DNA of 58,098 nt, filler included, from Barthelona sp. PAP020 (Eukaryota), in assembly GCA_040182905.1 (NCBI GenBank). It is 3 parts of 3 records of this genome, joined end to end, with 100 filler letters (N's around TTAATTAATTAA, not from the genome) between each part and the next. Parts side by side here need not be neighbours in the genome. Positions count along the whole stretch, not along the records: positions 1 to 19,314 come from JARQWU010000209.1; positions 19,415 to 38,720 come from JARQWU010000210.1; 1 more part is not named here. The stretch is one strand, 5' to 3'. Each line of letters begins with the position of its first letter. The stretch's first letter is position 1. The position numbers and the translations under genes were made by a program. The notes under the pieces are model-generated. The model was not told the DNA's origin, did no database searches, and saw nothing but the letters and a program-made list of their open reading frames with translations. Positions 15,201 through 19,720 of this stretch are shown piece after piece.

Positions 15201-17444
15201 ATCACTATCAAATAAAACATTACGCTCAAATAGTCCATTTAACTGTTCAATAACACAACCATATGGTGAACTAATGTTTTCTAAGACAATCAATTTCCCC
15301 TTGGCAACACTTTCAACCAAGCGCGAATATTGAAATATCAAATTCTTATTTCTGACGAAATAAGAGCCAATCAAAAAATTTTTGTCTGAATCTGGAAACA
15401 AAGCAAGCATTTGATGAGGTTTTCCCAACGCTATTGTTAATAACTCTGCCATGGTACTTTTTCCATTTCCAACACTCCCTGCATAACATACATGTTGACC
15501 ACAATCAACTGCAATCAAAGATAATCTCAAAACTTCAATCATATCTGTGTTCAATATATAATACTTTTTGAATGATGTATTGAACTGAGGAAGCTTCTTG
15601 AGAAAGATTTTTATTGGCTCATTGTCGTCTTTATCATCACCTTTAAAGAAATCTTGAAGGAATTCGTATAATAATTCTTTTTCTGCTGTAAAATAAGCCT
15701 CCAAACCCACATTTTTATAAGACTCCAGCAACTTCGTCTTTAGTTCCCCAAAACTATTGAACTGAAGTGAACCTTCATCTTTTTCATCACAAACAACATA
15801 AGGTTTTATTGCATAGAAAGGAATAATTTTCAGCTTATTCTCAACAAACTCATAAAATAGGTGAGTATTGATTTGCTCGTGGAATTCTGTCAAATATGTA
15901 TCAACATATTTGACAGAATTTTCTTTATAATCCTCACAATTAAATTGAGGTTTTTTACAAAATTTCATTTTAAATTTTTGAAAAGTTTCAATATGGATAT
16001 CATTAATATGAGAATTTTCATCACACTTAAAATACTCATTACACTTGTCTTCGACGAACTCTTTAAATTCTTTGAATTTTGGACTGTTAAAAGAACGTGC
16101 CCCGTAGGTAATCAATAAATAGTCAACCAAAGAATGTTCAGCTCGTTTATCGTTGGAACAAAAAAAATTACAAACATCCAACACTTCACGAATGGTGATT
16201 ATTTTATTTGTGTTCATATTTTGACAATCAGCTTTATTAAACAAATTTCTAGCGGCATTATTGATGGTTGCTATTAGTTTTGCCCCTTCTTCTGATTTAT
16301 TTTTCTCAAGGCCTCGATTATCCAAATATGTTTGAATAAAAGCTTTAAAGTCTTTGGCCTCTGAAATAGCTTCAAAATGACATTTGGTAAATCTTGATAC
16401 CAATGAAGCAGTTAATTTGTTTCTCTTTCCTTCATAAACACCAATTGAAGGATTCATTGTTGCAAACAAACGAAAATTTGGATGTTGCTTCAAAGAAAAA
16501 GATGAACTGTCCTTGCTATGTTTTGGAACACGTAATTCTCCAATGTCTAAAGCACTTTCGATAATATGCAATACTTCAGGTTCTGCTATATTTATTTCAT
16601 CTAGAACCAACCAGTATCCTTTGGAAAAACATTCTGCAAAAATCCCCTGAACAAACAGACATAATCCATCACAAATAGAGAGATGCCCCAGAAAATCTTC
16701 TATTCTGGTACTATTTGAAAGTGAATATCTGACACATTTGATGTTGACATCTCTATATATGGGATTTTTAGCAAATTCATACCTAGCGAATTCATGAACC
16801 ATTGCTGATTTACCAGCAGATGTCTCCCCTTCTAATAACACAGCAGTGTTGTACTTTATTGCTTCAAGCAAACTGTTGAAATTATTGTCTATCAAATCAG
16901 TCGAAATAAAGTTTGACTTGACTTCTGTTTGAAAGTTTTTGAAAGTTTCCAAATCTGACTCCTTGTTTTCGAAAATATTATCACTTTTATTCGTGCTCGT
17001 AGATGAAATCTTTTCATCTTTGTAGGAAATACCATCATTAACACTGATTGAGATTGTAACTTCAGATTTAGTTTCATAAAATCTCAATTCATCACCTTTC
17101 ATTTCTTTGAGACCATATTTATCATATTTGGTTAATTGGCGAGAATTAGAATGCTTAAAATAGAATAATTCATGTATTTTTTGGATAAAAAACTGTCCAT
17201 CATAATAAACATTAAAAATTCCATGCAACACATATTTTTCATCAAAATTTTTAATAAATATATCAATATAAAATTGGTTAAACGTTTCAGAATAACAAAA
17301 ACCATCTTTGGAAAACTCCAAAAACTTGGTACCAATGTATTTTGAATATCCGAGAATACAACCAATACTTAATTTTTTAACGTCCAAACCATTGTTATTA
17401 ATATCATGAATATCATGATTATCCAAGAAAAATCGGAAATTCAT
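294..17444 (-). CDS. Giant midasin/Rea1-like (dynein-related) AAA+ ATPase with six AAA modules and multiple C-terminal vWA domains, 5716 aa
   Basis: Six Walker A motifs (GETSAGKS, GSVGNGKS, GPPSFGKT, GPSSFKT, GVPGIGKT, GSLGSGKT); midasin-type Walker B motifs LVLDEIN, IADELN, IIFDEIN; HPNFRLFATMNP and FVATQNP motifs; C-terminal vWA-like segments (IIVITDG, YSVVIAVDS...LVSDG, CFMLDIGRSM...GYR); uninterrupted ORF. Confidence 0.85.
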   Translation of the reverse strand: MNFRFFLDNHDIHDINNNGLDVKKLSIGCILGYSKYIGTKFLEFSKDGFCYSETFNQFYIDIFIKNFDEKYVLHGIFNVYYDGQFFIQKIHELFYFKHSNSRQLTKYDKYGLKEMKGDELRFYETKSEVTISISVNDGISYKDEKISSTSTNKSDNIFENKESDLETFKNFQTEVKSNFISTDLIDNNFNSLLEAIKYNTAVLLEGETSAGKSAMVHEFARYEFAKNPIYRDVNIKCVRYSLSNSTRIEDFLGHLSICDGLCLFVQGIFAECFSKGYWLVLDEINIAEPEVLHIIESALDIGELRVPKHSKDSSSFSLKQHPNFRLFATMNPSIGVYEGKRNKLTASLVSRFTKCHFEAISEAKDFKAFIQTYLDNRGLEKNKSEEGAKLIATINNAARNLFNKADCQNMNTNKIITIREVLDVCNFFCSNDKRAEHSLVDYLLITYGARSFNSPKFKEFKEFVEDKCNEYFKCDENSHINDIHIETFQKFKMKFCKKPQFNCEDYKENSVKYVDTYLTEFHEQINTHLFYEFVENKLKIIPFYAIKPYVVCDEKDEGSLQFNSFGELKTKLLESYKNVGLEAYFTAEKELLYEFLQDFFKGDDKDDNEPIKIFLKKLPQFNTSFKKYYILNTDMIEVLRLSLIAVDCGQHVCYAGSVGNGKSTMAELLTIALGKPHQMLALFPDSDKNFLIGSYFVRNKNLIFQYSRLVESVAKGKLIVLENISSPYGCVIEQLNGLFERNVLFDSDDKLKWEIHQNSKTGNQLGIKDGVLTINRGFIVITTAGEDKERIINLSPAMMNRLTVFHLPDFSKDLVKTLFDADGFNEVEFQADNELILQKMFHIFTQDLGKLTNFHHLFKFHSVFKNLQSEDEDKGNPPKSVFTIIKTAMLCKSDVYLDALNEGLQFKINLDSPVTFHENIANANFIALADGGQTLNVKITDFFKHNSDSGHAYSNLFNVTDKDFVINESIIQQYFTFQHVITLLDYKKPICLVGPPSFGKTAMFCFIGNFDLVKKEMFADENDGYHLFHCSDATTPSDLFGRLMISESGELKWIDGPLTKALRDGKLFIADELNLCSHDCLSCLNEVLMGSVEIKIPNLNEVIKVHPNFRFVATQNPAYMRGRKELPVETSSRLYMVSCDNLNVELLAKEVFFRKIGVEHEYLVKTILFWVKFFILYEDKLSLGKEITFRDWLKMAKRCCSFTRGDFSFIVVEYLLAMVRNRRYFQECVRREALKDNQCKYLKINIDKLKLQISFDDNKNVLESYFVDNQNKCHVRLSITLKGKFNIEKYDKIEGAKYLIRQLMWAQTMNYGTEKDTLYDFFTNISESLFLVGPSSFKTTLIKEFEQAKNGDTNNSLEIVHLSKQTTVQDLIGTFGVQSAEKNNLRHFINDLLVVLKQSIQRYQRHALLNIEDKTLEFLNNLLSVDSLEEIVDGFQIVLKILQDFEGCEKFKNQKIRLINSINSTLVILRQIRTIISSENNQAMLVYYQEGRISQAINEGRSLLLHSFDDCETNVIERINSLLAPRRTFVNDNPFLDEEGQTHCVGENTMVYCDIDTDDIYQALKVSNAIKSRVNLCFISNYTKSELRAIFQASETKTETKTETENESENSNSRNLFDIFFNSKRDVAPNYFELHKAESLKTALKSIKNDELKTILAVELVCSKLDNVCDFLERHFNINPDKLEAKSVFKEFHKFYSFEDNEVVSGVSNLFTIENDETNMVTLYLGNPNSKMHFLYQFHRHVNFPKKNFDRCIDRLIPLDFTKNLLLFVMISLQTQTPLLFEGVPGIGKTATIITLAKSLGIEPIRINLNSSSTIKEVFGHLIWKRNPITQMNEVVFEPGALLKALEDSANFKQSWIIFDEINLGSAELLQELAIFIEILMKCRDPNVTYDYFPPISGAEKYTVKEYIPIFATMNPSVMTASRSSLTKSLLEQFIYCNLKNMLGNDLRAFVKHYLEQYFQADNQESDKLIDFICDYHSEQVKQSNDQNSNLSFSLREIMKLRNILANSGESFKKHSFIIKRELLDNYLAVIYHNTLANPNIHRNIEIIENKLINGKKYTKIGNILVPQGEDSYQIDNIIDFEHFRRSLYDIAVCHLSGKAILLEGSLGSGKTTLVRYFSQLTHRKLLIFPVDKDSTASSLVGLYYPKLQLIYHEKKDTMINQLDEILKRLPHQLQRLFNPIALMINNFDEFCKSLKLKINTDYGCREFEYRIQKIKRKIGRVDEKFEQSVEALLETFKEISINCDSFTFVFSDIIFALNQGYNILIDNINSASVDYLERFNSLLEENSELIIFERTPCVTLSKSIPYRKITNILGPEENEFSINPNGRIFFTLTPDSKKKSLSQPFLSRVIKNKVIAIDELVDNNDIKPFVACLVEMLFKKLNIAENSELEHLNKYCYGLCHAFHDLKKQSSANDFVGSVFPSLREIYAFVKIFPRKSLQWETFDALVDNIFKRIFVDERKFEEFKQKIKESPNDETLAWADGDLKLNQMLSQFRKFKNFKYVKVCQYFGQELPDLSVKHFESRFEFRSFGEFKKAYEIVDTDVPFVFFSIFYRIKKKIQEKQVEGKISEVFPKEFWLLKHFSDKEILHFYVHEFIKKIDEKDGQKALLHILKKYNAVKNKLQHKTQVKTNFKTVEFVESTFDLLFLPLRLILSTFNVTEEDMMNNSQIDSVGQRVVSLNDVKTNKSLNCLLSTMLILTDSTFDDVLYGDRAQYILEEKMFNNSKKIEKESKILDIEREKENSFENLKYLWFCEMSLSLVNVDTARYAHFANLFKSMIEFSKENKEEKESTDFEKEKSLALNSMVTDCVFDSSFVIELIRYIKDKNDDLLKNYKVDAIMLLKKKVEQCLFDCSFDQLYHWFNLYKKLKSGNYVDLDFVNSEINRLQRIKYHEEKFVDIILKYLEEHVNNNVYVVYNQKMKQNHGYNNNVKMNELKKDIQKLLLLYTIVHLLENVDSLYENSLNYDETVNKTLEAIYFKFLHFYSEKKKEEEEEADYNLDTSQVVAQPKIVLENIREKFILDLCKWDRLIDIYKRINELDFYSRIHMFAYFEEAYYNCFLLNSRFVLAPPYYKHVVNDKNKIKLFDHYGEILMNHLISFDTITQLDINKIECLLDIQLTKNLVKVFEIQNLNLELFSHENNIFTTQIINSLLESFSKPCIYFNEVNNFKQAKENLLKFQNFLKYASNRSKSLFTNLWFDKAHKHRISMNSFDFNELLGQKMYLLTNILKEILEFCENSERKHVLEYDHDFERISFYQTTIEIMKEIYDNYGKKEKLLNDDNMKRLDVLLESLLNKRIAKQSFELRDTKKNSIVELFKQLKTFFSEASKKLENAQAKDTIIEHNDQVYFHYLTVFVNEMTENDNYFYCYDPEVISNLETDEVFEQLKDINCAFDHLKKINLPEDKSEYPCTYNEDYYKEIEHGYLIQLHVSDKVLSYTVNNNEYKVDENSKPFYLYFICPYDQDISFNGTIKKKGNISMDYSIVWNFKQKKFKELKPKSQMKMIPYDNYLTENVDDKKFYRFVSFKSQSAEIDETFKNIETNFGKIEKDYNNVLELLTYHSSFAEIKQKIEKTFKTLKYYLHSDIPNILKNHILQIFGKDSDKFNDVDKKANFWKKQHSCLYVETNEINNDDIPKEIDLFGGEIINSMVTHKQMIFKCQLFVKKSDDTIVNRFVLIDNKDKIKYMTIGHLQEINIEFDVTSIEPPNKIGNVTLTQYFDLKWYNRKRRIQINLKLNVVERSLTLTGKLNENQLFNGLNAEQTNSFEIRNNNDSLQKVYLFAEKDNPIELSEYYFYISPRDSVRINYYARNTPAKLWLHTGIGNKNRDEIHIIEDNPFDLIRLSFNHENQKWSKQTDIQSTKRNIDQYCVGIFDKLEKKTVPFVFENQLLYNETTFQREDLDNNKDYQFSCNERYIVDVSNMNINKIDVFLPYIDSNDVWDDLIDYSEDNSFHVQRFEVKEIDNKKCIEFDQGFFNVYHNKRVLAASFSTNEQEQIKILHIIFKDDNSQQSKRQMKFTPLKSVQPFEFDDNSDDDEDEIMVASDYHLGVEPRNSDAKLEDKVIGNDEDSPDFELEFDKEGKKISVLNLITDDHRKYFSDLFICAQGQNDDDEVKERIFTLFNYLRALFQQCPKVSVKYLAIYLSPVWDLIKIILESIDDRQAFVTSIWNVFQRVFNVAGISVRSIESLNSDFFISYIGMNYEPPSPLCSGQESIYGEFDPLMEEEVIGDAENTHGNFKQKIVERAILSSKEIFEGFEEKDAVGIDYDLKRNPNKQEKFEFTSGDSFESNFELNEQDYALLDSKSLQSQNEAELFKHLRDQNKRKLALKAHKESGYPPKFMKNIDSNLLMIKEALSTKNLKIKEELNPNSVREEIVKGLKNSESTDNRKNVLDVNDAFEFSLHQTLESFPYEKGESHRVYTDLNNKARKVALNRLKTVLHPVTLIIQGSCTITEHYIQCVLEAVVLYNMIGLPLNILISGGTQQNQIILKDWKTPLNPELLSCLVQTLRLFSDIGSNVVQKYFSLDSAINFLNNNSGFLESSFTSKYFPKNSANKGNKISCTMDLLNIIPIIVITDGFFIDNHHVNMVNKFLVIPSHESYISMDKDLYGVDTVEKFDLEYQKENKKLFDILNDPQKGQKEKFFDCVDKLLLTTKKHEFIVNVSRGRRFDQKIVDGNNKFNYHIDLKHFWLKNPHDSYYHSELLKKTNTYRSSDDDKYSVINNIKLNNMIMNMHNNNVSATFVEMRSFERLIENHLHALSNGFGREILIPNKATKYVLSENGQEISIYGLIQFYATQYNDARIFKSKSGGLIPDYSVVIAVDSTSQKTPTVLLELMGIILSLQQNNIDDYAIIISNTQIEVSKPFNKSLNECFEDVLYGLEPNGSVPTCNLLEESICLLDSNKSNKKGNLILLVSDGSRLNGKEFKQILENNSSVLIQGLAMGHMNVNEDTRESFLFGENFIDLSKKLNGGIEPEKRNHCFVPVSSFKKKELDTDYKFEMPKVRDFIEVFANNMNVKSHGSKLTLLNTTEINQYFEGLKNYDLNFEKSTTTVKDKKQDENQLQNQDQRVEKTRKNEEIDILSKSVKKVKLLVIFLFYPHEENQNRINERSLRKNIEKSCESFATKPDYVFNFKSAIERMLEKSYEQVWIFCSYGPIYAQLKNAADKQFFNYREPFMKKFLMAFWKHGGSVAIFGDNYPIVAEAQYWFEEWEVTKKDVDGASLEVKVVGNYEGGDVLYPLKADKINKSVKADDDHPSHYLESENEPFLRYIPTFGLNQPLREGVTISHLEFTNENNERIDDIKLINPNLDVLLRSNNEITAIIYQDHEILDENKLLNGNLKRGNFIFDGSFSKFFDNYEGCNEQEEGMFLYVKKVIQFLLNPEYLGKYGRRHQIDHQSFRSECLEMYKSPKIFPKHADFDIRFPHTILNIKVCFMLDIGRSMEFFVSELVEKLDSIKRLIWLKYPEAVIELSFLGYRAWDGDTCDLNERIFKSKNCNIVFIPFQRHESMDFVSSETDNFKQHLKNLKCSTNGGVDSRDVEAAIALAVEQFWHKPHQPGCINILFHYLEKGGKSPEMEVNFEFVLHEEDNKPETLRMNMENYYGENRSPSSAESKWHRNLEDRPLSASFGRTKLETKRSLPSKSMQQLAEKHVYYLLNHLEFGTLFPHTMIDGIFSKMKENYDSVQGSLSDGFQIFTEKDLYSKLTAKIITKCMEFHNTGQKTQ
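12630..12664. repeat. Coding hexamer tandem repeat TT(C/T)AGT x~6, encoding ETKTETKTETE
   Basis: Read directly; lies between AAA4 and AAA5. Confidence 0.8.
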
Positions 17445-17847
17445 GTATAATACAAAAGAAAAAAAAAATTTTTCTATGAAAGCTCGTCTTTTTTTTCAAT
17501 TTTTTCTTCAAAAGCTAGAATTTTTTTTTTTACAGTGTCTTTGATTTTTATATTGTTTGTGGTATTTTATTAGAACTTTTGCTGAAAATGCAAAAAAATC
17601 TTTAAAAACTTTAATAAAAGGGAATTACATATTTTTAAGATTATTCAATCAATACATATTTTGTGTGAAAGGTTTCCGGTTTGAAAAGAAATTGAAATCA
17701 AGTTTTTGGATTGTGCAAATATTATGATTATCTCTTTACTTCGTTTGTTTTAACCAAAATGTTTAAAAAAACCTTTCAATTGAATTACAAATAACATAAC
17801 AACCATCAATTTTTATTTTCAGACACATATTCTTTTTGAAATTTTTC

Positions 17848-18870
17848 ATGGGATGTTCTTCTTCAACAGCGATAATTGAACCAGATCCTCATCCTTTTTT
17901 TGAAAATTTGGAAGAAAATATTTCCAAAACAAAACAAGAAGAACTTTTTGAATATATCGAAAATTTGTATGAAAATGATAAATTAGGCAAAATATTCGAT
18001 AATATTTCTGAAAATACAAAATATAATGAAACTATTTTAACAATTACTTGGAATTTAGGAGGAAATATTCCTAAATTCAAAAATTTATATGAAGAAATTC
18101 GTTCAAATTCGAATGAAAACATAACTATGATTTTTATTGTCTGTCCAGAATGTAATCAAAGTGCTGGTAAAGGCAGTATTTTGTCTGTCAATTATTTCCC
18201 TTTTCTAGATATGGTTACAAACACTTTTACTGATTATAACATTATTGTCTGTGATTCAATTGGTTCATTAGTTGCATGTTTATTGATAAAAAAAGAAGTT
18301 AATGGAATGAATGAAAAGAAAGATGATATTCAAGAAAACCTACATTGTAAAGTTGATACACATCGAATTTCGTTTGGTAAATTTGGAATGAACAATAAGG
18401 GAGTAATATGTTTCAATTGTGTAGGAATTAATTTTTTAGGCGTTCATTTAGCTTCTGGACAGAATGAAAATGGAAGGTTGTTGCGAAAAGAACAATTAGA
18501 TGTTTTGTTGAAGAAATTTGGCAACACACAATTTATTCTCGCGGGAGATTTAAATAGTCGATCCAAAGTTAACAAAAAAATAGCTCATTCTTTACTTGAT
18601 GGTAATTTTGTGGAGGTTTTGATACACAAGGATGAATTTGTTTCAGAAAGACTGGCAAAATTTGAAAAGAAAGCCAAAATAAAATATCACGAAGCACCTA
18701 TCAAATTCTTCCCTACTTATAAAACAAATGATTTGGGTTACGTTGCTAACAGAACCCCTGCATACACTGATAGAATATTTTTCAACGGTTTTAGTGTCTT
18801 ACGTTACAATATGATTCCTATGAGGGGTAGTGACCATTTTCCTGTGTACTCTATATTTGGCAAAGAATAA
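17848..18870 (+). CDS. Inositol polyphosphate 5-phosphatase family protein with N-terminal MGCSSS acylation motif
   Basis: Motifs TWNLGG, NKG, HLASG, AGDLNSR, FFPTYK, RTPAYTDRIF, SDHFPV; first ATG at 17848. Confidence 0.9.
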   Translation: MGCSSSTAIIEPDPHPFFENLEENISKTKQEELFEYIENLYENDKLGKIFDNISENTKYNETILTITWNLGGNIPKFKNLYEEIRSNSNENITMIFIVCPECNQSAGKGSILSVNYFPFLDMVTNTFTDYNIIVCDSIGSLVACLLIKKEVNGMNEKKDDIQENLHCKVDTHRISFGKFGMNNKGVICFNCVGINFLGVHLASGQNENGRLLRKEQLDVLLKKFGNTQFILAGDLNSRSKVNKKIAHSLLDGNFVEVLIHKDEFVSERLAKFEKKAKIKYHEAPIKFFPTYKTNDLGYVANRTPAYTDRIFFNGFSVLRYNMIPMRGSDHFPVYSIFGKE

Positions 18871-18968
18871 AAGCGATTTGTATTTGTTTTTAGTCTTAAT
18901 TCAATGATTTGCTGTTCGATATTTTGATATTATGCTGATATAAAAATAAAACATATGATTGTCTCTTC

Positions 18969-19136
18969 TGATCATGAAACGAAAGGACCAAGGAGTCTTA
19001 CAATTGTGCAAGTGTTAGGGTGGAAATGTCAAGAGGCGTAATGAAAGCAAGACAACCGATCCATTATGGGCGCAGGTTGGACCTAAGTTGAACCACATGT
19101 GACGCATTAGAGTTTGATCATGAAGCGAAAGGACCA
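18969..19136 (+). repeat. 22-bp direct repeat pair (18969-18990, 19115-19136) flanking the rRNA fragment
   Basis: TGATCATGAAACGAAAGGACCA vs TGATCATGAAGCGAAAGGACCA, 21/22 identical. Confidence 0.9.
18985..19135 (+). pseudogene. Isolated fragment of eukaryotic LSU (28S) rRNA, post-D2 core and D3 region
   Basis: GGACCAAGGAGTCTTACAATTGTGCAAGTGTTAGGGTGGAAA...GCGTAATGAAAG matches the conserved LSU block GGACCAAGGAGTCTAAC...TGCGAGTGTT.GGGTG.AAA...GCGTAATGAAAG; followed by a CAACC...GGTTG hairpin; only ~150 bp, in an intergenic spacer. Confidence 0.8.
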
Positions 19137-19173
19137 GTCTGGAAATAAATAAAATGTCTAATACTATTTATTG

Positions 19174-19314
19174 TTACAAAGATTCAACATCAGCAATTCC
19201 TGCATCTGTAATCACAAATGTTGCTTCTCCTTCTGGTAAATCAGGAGCATCATAAATCTTGGCAACTCTTGTTTCTCCTCTTCCTTTTTTCAAATATATC
19301 CTCACAGTAGATGC
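19174..19314 (-). CDS. DMC1: 3' end of RecA-family recombinase, DMC1-like (RAD51 not excluded); truncated by contig end
   Basis: Manual translation [57 protein letters not shown] and EATF fit DMC1 better than RAD51 (RICK, SPCLPE, EAMF). Confidence 0.7.
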   Translation of the reverse strand, partial: ASTVRIYLKKGRGETRVAKIYDAPDLPEGEATFVITDAGIADVESL

Positions 19315-19414
19315 NNNNNNNNNNNNNNNNNNNNNNNNNNNNNNNNNNNNNNNNNNNNTTAATTAATTAANNNNNNNNNNNNNNNNNNNNNNNNNNNNNN
19401 NNNNNNNNNNNNNN
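19315..19414. other. Artificial contig-joining linker
   Basis: 44 N + TTAATTAATTAA (stops in all six frames) + 44 N. Confidence 0.97.
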
Positions 19415-19415
19415 A

Positions 19416-19523
19416 AAAAGTCCCAGAATAGCCAGACCAATTATGACACCCAGATCAAATGGTCGTCCAAAGAAGATTATTGAGGATGAAAAAGATATTG
19501 AATTGGAAAAAATAATTTTGTAA
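19416..19523 (+). CDS. 3' end of hypothetical protein truncated by contig start
   Basis: Open frame KSPRIARPIMTPRSNGRPKKIIEDEKDIELEKIIL* with coding-like composition. Confidence 0.5.
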   Translation, partial: KSPRIARPIMTPRSNGRPKKIIEDEKDIELEKIIL

Positions 19524-19720
19524 AAGTTAACTATGTGTATTATTTCTTTTTGGCACTTCTAAAGGCAATTTTAACATGTTTATATATTTTTGGATGAAAC
19601 CGAAGAAATTCTATAAGGAGTTCACTCAAGATGCAGTTTCAAAAGTGAAATATTCCCACTTCCAATCTTATAAATATTTATTATAAACACTTTAAATAAA
19701 ATAAACTCATTAGAATATTG

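Noticed and set aside
440..17365. Many short ORFs overlapping the giant ATPase (and similar ones over other genes)
   Set aside because: Antisense or alternate-frame shadows with no motifs
294..17444. Assigning the symbol MDN1/REA1
   Set aside because: The C-terminal architecture and degenerate MIDAS motifs differ from canonical midasin; orthology cannot be shown by eye
18968..18990. CTGATCA...GAAA as a hammerhead ribozyme core
   Set aside because: The core is not CUGAnGA, flanking stems are lacking, and LSU homology explains the region
19013..19022. TTAGGG as a telomeric seed or telomerase template
   Set aside because: A single unit that is part of the rRNA-like sequence
19359..19370. TTAATTAATTAA as a biological motif
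   Set aside because: Synthetic six-frame stop linker inside N runs
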